Of a DNA stretch of 50,750 bases, positions 28,148-35,026 are shown piece after piece. The DNA lies in NCBI GenBank assembly GCA_021784975.1, contig JAJYGU010000390.1:1-50750 (forward strand), given 5' to 3'. Positions within the stretch are counted from its first letter, which is position 1. Each line of letters begins with the position of its first letter. The notes beneath the pieces are model-generated. The model saw only the letters and a program-made list of their open reading frames with translations, ran no database searches and was not told where the DNA came from. The translations under genes and the position numbers were made by a program. Source of the stretch: Planctomycetota bacterium (GTDB lineage: Bacteria; Planctomycetota; Planctomycetia; Pirellulales; Thermoguttaceae).

Positions 28148-28728
28148 GAGGGTGTCCAATCCCCGGAGCGCGGGCGTCTCGCCCGCCCTGCCGTCGGCAG
28201 AGCCGTCAACGTATTAGGCCGCCATCTGTCAGCCGTGCATTCGGCGCGACGGCGGTCGGCCTGGCCGTTCTGGCCGTCGTGGCGACTGCCCTCTGGGCCG
28301 GAGGTATCACCTCCGCACGCGCTGAAAAAACGGCCGGCAGGAAACCTACCATGGCTGCCGTCCCGCCGGATGAAGATGCCATCGATCCTCTCGGGGCGAA
28401 TGCGGCCTGCTACGTGTGCCACATGACCTTTGTCAAGGAGGAATTGGCCAAGGTCCACCTCAAGGCGAAGGTAGGCTGCATCCAGTGTCACGGCCTAAGC
28501 GCCAAACACGCCAACGACGAAAACATCGGCGCCACCAAGCCGGATATCACCTTCAAGCGTGAGCAGGTCGACGCCTCCTGCGCAAAATGCCACCAAACGC
28601 ACGATGCGCCGGCCCAAAAAGTCGTCGCCCGTTTCGTCGAGCGGCACCTGGCAGCCAATAAGCCGCCCATCTGCACCGATTGCCACGGCCAGCACAAAAT
28701 CGCCCGGGCAGCGGAGAAGAAACCATGA
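28132..28728 (+). CDS. Membrane-anchored tetraheme c-type cytochrome
   Basis: Four CxxCH motifs (CYVCH, CIQCH, CAKCH, CTDCH) follow a TM/signal segment AVGLAVLAVVATALWAG. The start is uncertain (ATG 28132 or 28078), and both choices overlap the AKR 3' end. Confidence 0.8.
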   Translation: MGTRLRGCPIPGARASRPPCRRQSRQRIRPPSVSRAFGATAVGLAVLAVVATALWAGGITSARAEKTAGRKPTMAAVPPDEDAIDPLGANAACYVCHMTFVKEELAKVHLKAKVGCIQCHGLSAKHANDENIGATKPDITFKREQVDASCAKCHQTHDAPAQKVVARFVERHLAANKPPICTDCHGQHKIARAAEKKP

Positions 28729-28880
28729 CGCCCTTCTCCGGCGAGATTCTGGGCACGATGCTGCTGTTGCTGTTGGGCGACGGCACGGTCGCCAACGTTG
28801 TCTTGGCTACCCTGCGCCACCCGGATTGCCAAACAATCAGGGCCGGCGGCCCACGGCAGAAACTCTGGAAAACACATTGA
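28725..28880 (+). pseudogene. Truncated N-terminal stub of a MIP/aquaglyceroporin (GlpF-like) gene
   Basis: MTPFSGEILGTMLLLLLGDGTVANVVL matches TM1 of MIP channels. The ORF then degenerates and stops after 51 codons. No NPA motifs occur in any downstream frame. Confidence 0.6.
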
Positions 28881-28988
28881 ACCTTGCGGACGCAACCTGC
28901 GGCTTCTACCTTGGAGTTGGCGCATGCCGTGGCTCAGACTTCGGTAACTAAGGGGTGCAAGTCTTCGTCAATAAGCGCTCCGGTCCCC

Positions 28989-29882
28989 CTATCTCGCACG
29001 CAATTGCGCCAGCGTGCCCAGCCCGTAGTAGGTGTACTCTACGTCGGCGGCGTCGTCGCCGGGGCAGGCCAGGAAACCTCCGCCGCTTTGGCTGGTTTCG
29101 CGCACGAATCGGGCTGTGCCCGGCATGTCGACGGTATCGAGTCCGTCGAGGGCGGCTAGTGTTGTCAGGCCGGTGAAGGTGGAGAGCAGGTCGCCGGTCG
29201 GCGCGCCGGCGTGGGCCTTCAGGCCGCCGTCAGGGCTTTGCACACTGCTAAGAAAGCCGATCACCTGGGTGCGGTGACTGGAACACAGCGCATCGCGCAT
29301 AGTCAAGAAGGCGACGGCCGCGGCCGTGGCGTTGGTCTGCGACGCCGGCTGGCCGTCTAGTTCGGCAAAGCCGCCGTCGGCCCGACCGAGTGCCTCCACC
29401 GCCTGGATCGCGCCGTCGACGCCCGGCATGGGCTCGCCCAGCATCTGAAAGCACAGCGCCCCGAAAAACGTATAGTAGGCGCTCGTGCGCGAATCGCCGG
29501 GCCACCGAGTTAGCCCCCCGCCGGGCAGCAAATACCCGCGAAGCACCTCCAACACGCCCTGCCGGTCGAGCGACACTCGACCCGCTCCCAACGTGCGACC
29601 CACATTCAGGAGGCTGAATGCGTCCACGAGGTTTCGGGGGCAGCCGGTGTGCCGGCCCAGATAGTTTGTTGCCCGGTCGAAGGCCGGATCGTCGGGCGCC
29701 AGAATCGCGAGGCTCCGCAGGGCGAAGTCGGTATAGTACAGGTCGCTGCCGCCTTGGCGACCGCGAAATCCGCCGTCGGACTGCTGGCACTCCGTCACGA
29801 AGCGGACCTGGGCGCCGACAAATTCATCGCTCAAGCCTTGCAGACCGAGGCGGATCGCCTCATCCAGCAGATCGAGATACAT
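28989..29882 (-). CDS. Prenyltransferase/squalene-oxidase-repeat (alpha-alpha toroid) protein
   Basis: Repeated Q..DGGF / DGGL motifs (QQSDGGFRGRQGGSDLYYT, GRADGGFAE, QSPDGGLKA, SQSGGGFLACPGDDADVEYTYY). ATG lies 4 nt after the upstream stop. Confidence 0.8.
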   Translation of the reverse strand: MYLDLLDEAIRLGLQGLSDEFVGAQVRFVTECQQSDGGFRGRQGGSDLYYTDFALRSLAILAPDDPAFDRATNYLGRHTGCPRNLVDAFSLLNVGRTLGAGRVSLDRQGVLEVLRGYLLPGGGLTRWPGDSRTSAYYTFFGALCFQMLGEPMPGVDGAIQAVEALGRADGGFAELDGQPASQTNATAAAVAFLTMRDALCSSHRTQVIGFLSSVQSPDGGLKAHAGAPTGDLLSTFTGLTTLAALDGLDTVDMPGTARFVRETSQSGGGFLACPGDDAADVEYTYYGLGTLAQLRAR

Positions 29883-29886
29883 GCGT

Positions 29887-31683
29887 TCATTCCTGCAGAA
29901 TCATCCGCACGAAGAACTGCATCAGTTCTTGCAGGTCGGGCGTAGGAAACTCGGCGGCGGCGGCCAGGGCGCGGTCGCGCAACCTCGCGTACAACTGCTC
30001 AACCTTCGCCAGCGCGCCCGATTCGCAGTAGACCTGGTACACCTGGTCGAGCAACTCGTCGCTGGTCGAGTTCTCCATCAGCTCGGCCAGTTGCGCCAAC
30101 CGCGGTCCATGCCCGCCTTCCGTCGCGAAAATGTGCAACAGAGTGACACGGCCGGCGCGGGCGTCGAGGCCGCGATGCCGCTTGTTGTGTTGGTCTTCTT
30201 GCCAGTCATCGAGGTCGTTACGAACCTGGAACCCTTCGCCGAGATAGGTGGCAAAGCGGCGGAGGATCGTCGGGTCGACGTCCGCTTGGGCCGCCCGCAG
30301 CCCCGCATAGAGGGCCGCCTCGAAGGCCGGGGCCGTCTTCTGCGCGGCGGCCTGCATTGCTTGGGCCGCCGCATAGGGCGGCCGGTGATCCTGGCTTTGC
30401 AGTTCGGCTCCCTGCCCGCGGCACAGTTCCAAGTGGGCGCGCGAAAGCCGGTCGAGAATATCGCCACTGCAATCGGCCCCCAGCGGCACGCTTTGCCCGG
30501 CAATCAGCCGGTAGCCCAGGCCGATGAGGAAATCGCCGACGTTGATGGTCTGGGCCACGCCGTGAATGCGGTGCAGCGTGGGAAGGCCGTAGCGGTAGTG
30601 GTCGTTGTCTTCGATATCGTCGTGGACCAGCGAGGCCTTGTGCAAGGCTTCAATGGCTAAGGCGATGCGGCGGACCGCCACTGGCAGTCGCTCCGCCAGA
30701 TCGCTGCCCGGGTCCGCCTGCTCCAGAACGCCGGTTCCGTGTTTGGCCACCGCATAGGCTGCCAGGGTCACGAACGGCCGCAAGCGTTTGCCGCCCTCTT
30801 GGAGCCATTGCAAGGCTATCTCTTGAACCGTTGGCCCCAAGGGGGGCCGTCCCATTTCCACAGCCTCCTGCCGCGAAAATTGGGACAGTCCCCGTGAACC
30901 GTTACCAAGCTGCCCGGCTAATTCGGCAACCTCGATATAAGGCGCGAGCAGCTCGGCGAACGTCGGCTGGCGAAACATCCGACCGGTCTCGCGGAGCAGA
31001 CCGAGGTAGCTCCGCCGCGAGGTCGGCGTCAAGACCGCCGTCGGCGCGGACTGCGCCGCCAAGAGACTGCGAATCTGGCCGATTTCCGCTTCGGTGTCCT
31101 TGCAACCGTCTCTCAGCAACGGTACGGCGACGTGCGGGATGCCGAGCTCGACGACGCGTTGGAAGGATCGCTCCAGGGAATCGAGGCAGGCGACGCCGAG
31201 GATCGCATCCGCGTCCCCTTCCAACACGCGAAAAAGAACCGACGAGGTGCCTTCCGCCACGATCACCGAGTAGCCCAACTGCTCGGCTTCGGCCTTCAAG
31301 GCGTGGATCTCGCAACTGCCGCAGCCGGCGCAGTGCAGGCCCACGGAATCATAGCTGCCCGCGCACGCGGTCTGGTCGCGCAAGCAATGCGGCAGCAGGA
31401 ACAACCGGCGATGAAGGGCGACAGTCTCGAAGATCGGCAGCCAGAATTCGTTGCTGACCGCTACCATGGTGAAACCAAGTAGAGTCCGCGGCAGCTCCAA
31501 CCGCTGCAAAATCTCCTTGCCGATTTGCTCCAATCCCTCCCGCGACATGGGACGCGAGCGGTCCAGCCCGGCCGCTGCTCGGGCCGCGGCCGAGCGAATC
31601 GCCTGCCGCAGGGTGGCGCTTTCAGGAACGCGCTTGATCTCGTCGTGGCGGCGGTGAGCGGCTTTCAGAGGCTTAGAGGTCAT
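29887..31683 (-). CDS. Fusion protein: DUF116-like Cys-rich domain plus trans-polyprenyl diphosphate synthase domain
   Basis: ATG at 31683 overlaps the cyclase TGA (ATGA). The N-terminal half has LFLLPHCL...CAGCGSCEI...GYSVIVAEGTS...GVAC (DUF116 pattern). The C-terminal half has GKRLRP, LVHDDIEDND (first Asp-rich motif) and FQVRNDLDDW (variant second motif). The track's longer ORF to 32319 is an artefactual extension. Confidence 0.8.
   Translation of the reverse strand: MTSKPLKAAHRRHDEIKRVPESATLRQAIRSAAARAAAGLDRSRPMSREGLEQIGKEILQRLELPRTLLGFTMVAVSNEFWLPIFETVALHRRLFLLPHCLRDQTACAGSYDSVGLHCAGCGSCEIHALKAEAEQLGYSVIVAEGTSSVLFRVLEGDADAILGVACLDSLERSFQRVVELGIPHVAVPLLRDGCKDTEAEIGQIRSLLAAQSAPTAVLTPTSRRSYLGLLRETGRMFRQPTFAELLAPYIEVAELAGQLGNGSRGLSQFSRQEAVEMGRPPLGPTVQEIALQWLQEGGKRLRPFVTLAAYAVAKHGTGVLEQADPGSDLAERLPVAVRRIALAIEALHKASLVHDDIEDNDHYRYGLPTLHRIHGVAQTINVGDFLIGLGYRLIAGQSVPLGADCSGDILDRLSRAHLELCRGQGAELQSQDHRPPYAAAQAMQAAAQKTAPAFEAALYAGLRAAQADVDPTILRRFATYLGEGFQVRNDLDDWQEDQHNKRHRGLDARAGRVTLLHIFATEGGHGPRLAQLAELMENSTSDELLDQVYQVYCESGALAKVEQLYARLRDRALAAAAEFPTPDLQELMQFFVRMILQE
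30843..30893. repeat. Palindromic GGGACNGTCCC element, copy 2 (degenerate left box), inside the DUF116-synthase ORF
   Basis: ggggccgtcccatttccacagcctcctgccgcgaaaattgggacagtcccc is 51 nt long. It is read through in frame as ...GNGSRGLSQFSRQEAVEMGRPPLG... about 15 codons before GKRLRP. Confidence 0.75.
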
Positions 31684-33044
31684 CTGCGGGTTGCTCTGCC
31701 AAGGGCCTCGATCGTCCAGATCAGCGGATACAGCCGTTCCGAGTACCAAAGCCGGGAAAAATACAGGCCGATGGCCGCCGGCCGGTCGCACCCCTGGCGG
31801 ACGTTTGCCACCAGGTACTTCACTCCTCGCGACACGCAGTGGCCGGCCGCCGGATTTTGCGGCCAACCGGCCAGGGCCGCCACGGCCAGCGCCGTCTCCT
31901 CGACCGATGACGCAATGCCGGTGGAGCCGCCCCAGCCGCCGTCGGCGTTTTGCGCGCGGCACAGATATTCTACGCCACCGGCCGCCTGGGCACCATTGCC
32001 GTCGACGATTTCCAAGGCCCGGAGCACCAATGAGGTGCCAATCACCGGATTGTGCTGACCCGGTGCGGCCTGGTTGCCAAACCAGAGCGGCAGCCAAGAG
32101 CCATCGGACTCTTGGACGCGGCCCAGATAGTCCCCTCCGCGGCGGAGTGCGCGCCGCAGCCGGGCGGTCGATACGCGGTGCGTAGAAGGGGACAGTCCCA
32201 TTTTTGCGGCATCCTGCCACAAAAATTGGGACCGTCCCCGGCGGTTGATACCACCCAGGGCGCGGAGCACGTGGGCCGTCACATCCGGGGCGCTGCGGTC
32301 GAAGAGGAGCTTTCCCCATCCACGGCAGAAGGTCGGCCAGCCGCCGTCGCGGTTTTGCAAGTTAAGCAGCCAGTTTACGCCGGCAACGGCGCCGGCGTGG
32401 TGCCCCAGTTCCGCCAGCGCGATCAGGGCCCCGGCCGTGTCATCCGCGTCGGGCACCCCGCCCGGCAGATGCGTCCATGCCCAGGCGCCCGCCGCCGCCT
32501 GCGTGTAGGGGTGCGCGGAGGCCGTTTGTCGAGCGGCGACCCATGGGCCGGTCGTAGGGCAATCAAGTTGTCCTAGCGATCCGGCCGCCGCCAGCGCGGT
32601 AACCGCCGATGTGGTCAGCCATACCGCCAGGTTCGTGTCGATCGGCCAACTGCCGTCGGCCCGCTGCGATTGGCGAAGGAATTGCAGGCAGCGGGCGGCT
32701 ACCGGCTGTTCCGGTCCGAATGACGAAACCAGGCCCATGGCGACGAAGCTGGTTAGCGGGGCCGCATCCAGGAATCCGCCATGTTCCGGCTGAATCTGCT
32801 GAAGCTTCGCCAAGGCCCGCGGCGTCGTCGCTCGCCGTAACGCGCGCAGCAAGCCACTGTGGGGCGGACCATGGTGGTGGATTGCCAGGCCAATGGCAAT
32901 CAGGGCCGGCAGGGCATAGCTGACCACGTGGAGCCGGAGCAGTCTATAGCACCAAGGCGGCAGCACCGACAACTCGAAGGGCAGGCCGGGAACCTCCGGC
33001 CAAGAAACCAACCCGGCCAGGGCGCAGTTCATCAAGATCGGCAC
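31680..33044 (-). CDS. Class II terpene cyclase (squalene-hopene-cyclase-like), C-terminal about 75 percent; same frame as 33066-33488
   Basis: DxDDTA catalytic motif (VPDADDTAG) and QW-like repeats QRADGSWP, QNRDGGWPTF, QESDGSWLPLWFGN, QNADGGWGG. The track start is a GTG with no SD, 21 nt after an in-frame TAG. Confidence 0.8.
   Translation of the reverse strand: MPILMNCALAGLVSWPEVPGLPFELSVLPPWCYRLLRLHVVSYALPALIAIGLAIHHHGPPHSGLLRALRRATTPRALAKLQQIQPEHGGFLDAAPLTSFVAMGLVSSFGPEQPVAARCLQFLRQSQRADGSWPIDTNLAVWLTTSAVTALAAAGSLGQLDCPTTGPWVAARQTASAHPYTQAAAGAWAWTHLPGGVPDADDTAGALIALAELGHHAGAVAGVNWLLNLQNRDGGWPTFCRGWGKLLFDRSAPDVTAHVLRALGGINRRGRSQFLWQDAAKMGLSPSTHRVSTARLRRALRRGGDYLGRVQESDGSWLPLWFGNQAAPGQHNPVIGTSLVLRALEIVDGNGAQAAGGVEYLCRAQNADGGWGGSTGIASSVEETALAVAALAGWPQNPAAGHCVSRGVKYLVANVRQGCDRPAAIGLYFSRLWYSERLYPLIWTIEALGRATRR
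32188..32239. repeat. Palindromic GGGACNGTCCC element, copy 3, inside the cyclase ORF
   Basis: ggggacagtcccatttttgcggcatcctgccacaaaaattgggaccgtcccc. It is translated in frame as ...RRGRSQFLWQDAAKMGLSPS..., between a DVTAHVLRAL helix and the next QW repeat. Confidence 0.85.
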
Positions 33045-33065
33045 CGCAAACGTGCGATCGGCGCC

Positions 33066-33488
33066 CTAGGCGCGTTGAATTGCACAGGCAATCTCGCGGG
33101 CCGAAAGGGGAGAAGCACACTTGCACTGTGTGACCACGTACTCTTCGGCCCCCAGCTTCATGTCTGGCGCGGATGGGATGCGGAGCGCGCCTGCCAACCT
33201 CAAGGCGGCGAGGGCCAACAGCGTGGTCGCCAGGTTGCTGGGGCTATCAGTCGTGTCGCCCCAACCGCCGTCGGCGTTCTGATGCGCGGCCAGCCAGGCT
33301 ACGCCACTGCGGACGCCTTCGCGGTCGCTGTCCACTTTGGCCAGGGCGAGCGCGCTGATGGCGGTCGCGGTCGAAAGCGCCGACGAAGAAAGCTCCCCCT
33401 CCCAAAAGCCCTCGGGCCGCCGCGCCTCGATCAGCCGGCCGCAGAGGAATTGAAGCGTGTCGGCCATGACCGCCTGGAAGGTCAGCAT
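33066..33488 (-). CDS. Class II terpene cyclase, N-terminal fragment, ending at an in-frame TAG
   Basis: MLTFQAVMADTLQFLCGRLIEARRPEGFWEGEL and AAHQNADGGWGDT resemble the SHC N-terminus. ATG at 33488 lies 30 nt after the radical SAM stop. Longer starts (33590, 33653) would overlap that gene. Confidence 0.6.
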   Translation of the reverse strand: MLTFQAVMADTLQFLCGRLIEARRPEGFWEGELSSSALSTATAISALALAKVDSDREGVRSGVAWLAAHQNADGGWGDTTDSPSNLATTLLALAALRLAGALRIPSAPDMKLGAEEYVVTQCKCASPLSAREIACAIQRA

Positions 33489-33517
33489 TTCGGACGCATT
33501 TGCGTTGGCAGGCGTGG

Positions 33518-35020
33518 TCAAGTTCGCGCCCTCCAGGCATGCCAGGCCAACAAGAACTTCCACTGCAAGATCTGGCCGCGACCCAGACATTGCAAGGCGA
33601 CGCGACGGAACCGCGGTACGCCCGCCGCCTGCTGGTTGTCGGCGTAGATCCAAGGCACCCAGCGAAAATTGAGTCGGTAGCAGGTCCTTATCAACGACCA
33701 GTGTAGCGGCCGCAGGCGCCGCCGGTCGATCGGCGCCGCGCCATCGACCGGGGCAAAGAGCAAGGGAAAAACAGCGATCCGCTCCTTGCTCAGGCTGCGC
33801 ACCCAGTCCAGCGTCTCCACGAGGTGTTCGTCGCCTTCGCCGGGCAGGCCGATCATGAGGCTGACCATCGGAAAGAAGCCGGCCCGGCAGAGCCGCCGCA
33901 CCTGTTCGGCGCAGAAGGCGCCCCAGTCGCCGGCTTGGCGGCCGTGCATCTTGGCCGCCCCGCCGATCTTCCGGAGCAAGTCGCCTGAGGCGGTTTCCAC
34001 GCCCAAGTTGACCCAGACGCGGCGATCGAGGTCGCGGCCCACGAGCAGATCGTGCAACGCGGCAAGCTGCCGATCGTCATACTGAGCGACGCTCGACACG
34101 TTGGCATGATCCAGTTGAATGAGCCGCACCCGCGAGAGCTGTCGAATCCTCTGAAGCAAAGAAATCAGTGCGTCGGGCCGGGCGTTGAGACCCTCGGCGC
34201 CGTAGCGGAAGAAATCCTCGCTCAAGACGGCCACATTGTGCAAGCCGGCGCTAAGGTTCGTATCGACATCGGCTATTACCGTCTCTGGCGGAAGATGGAC
34301 CATTGGCACCCGGGCGATGGTGCAATACGAGCAGCCCAGCCCGCAGCCCCGGCTGATCTCCACCGCGCCCATGGTGGTGGCGCCGCGGATCGGAGGAATT
34401 GGTGCCGCCGCATGCCAGCCGCCTTCGATCACTTCCGGGGTTGGGTTTTTTTGCACTAGCCGGCGGAAGGCGGCCGCCACCTTTTCTTCCGCATAGCCGG
34501 TCAGCAGATGATCGATGCCCAACGCCTTGCGCTCGGCGGGGCGGCCGGCAAGCTGCCAGGCCCCCGGTCCGCCCAACACCACCGCGGCCGAGGTGCGCCG
34601 GCGGAGCCGCCGCACTTTGCGCATCAGGCGGCGAAACATCGCCTGCGGGTAAATCCGCCCGCCGGCCACGGCGGTCATGGTCGAGCTGTTCATGCCCAAG
34701 CCCGCCGGCTCGCCGGAGGAGATGCCGATCACGCGGGTCGCCGGCCCGATGGCGTAGTCGAGTTGATCGTCGCGGACTACGGCCACCTCTTCCGCCGTGA
34801 ATCCATCGGCCAGCAAGGCGGCTTCGACGCGTCGCAATCCCAGCGGGGCCAGGCTGGCCCGATCTGCCGCCCCGCGGGGACGCGGCATCAGCAGGCCCGC
34901 GAACAGTGCCGGCGGGGCGGTGGTGGTCTGGCTGGCGGCCAACATCCCGTCGAACAACAGCCGGTAATCCGCCGTCAGCGTTCGGTCGGCCGTCAGGACG
35001 ATCGGGAAGCCGTGGAACAT
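33518..35020 (-). CDS. Radical SAM enzyme with an N-terminal B12-binding-like domain
   Basis: CxxxCxxC cluster motif in AVEISRGCGLGCSYCTIARVP. The N-terminal roughly 200 aa look like a Rossmann-type domain. ATG lies 6 nt after the ferredoxin-gene stop. Confidence 0.9.
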   Translation of the reverse strand: MFHGFPIVLTADRTLTADYRLLFDGMLAASQTTTAPPALFAGLLMPRPRGAADRASLAPLGLRRVEAALLADGFTAEEVAVVRDDQLDYAIGPATRVIGISSGEPAGLGMNSSTMTAVAGGRIYPQAMFRRLMRKVRRLRRRTSAAVVLGGPGAWQLAGRPAERKALGIDHLLTGYAEEKVAAAFRRLVQKNPTPEVIEGGWHAAAPIPPIRGATTMGAVEISRGCGLGCSYCTIARVPMVHLPPETVIADVDTNLSAGLHNVAVLSEDFFRYGAEGLNARPDALISLLQRIRQLSRVRLIQLDHANVSSVAQYDDRQLAALHDLLVGRDLDRRVWVNLGVETASGDLLRKIGGAAKMHGRQAGDWGAFCAEQVRRLCRAGFFPMVSLMIGLPGEGDEHLVETLDWVRSLSKERIAVFPLLFAPVDGAAPIDRRRLRPLHWSLIRTCYRLNFRWVPWIYADNQQAAGVPRFRRVALQCLGRGQILQWKFLLAWHAWRART

Positions 35021-35026
35021 GGCCGA

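Noticed and set aside
31684-32319. The N-terminal 212 codons of the 810-aa track ORF (29887-32319).
   Set aside because: This stretch overlaps the cyclase gene in another frame and translates the palindromic element (GTVPIFVAGCRKNGTVP). The ATG at 31683 forms an ATGA junction with the cyclase stop and precedes the DUF116 domain.
33066-33068. TAG decoded as pyrrolysine or another programmed recoding event.
   Set aside because: No pyl genes or recoding signals are visible in the window. A mutation or sequencing error is the simpler explanation.
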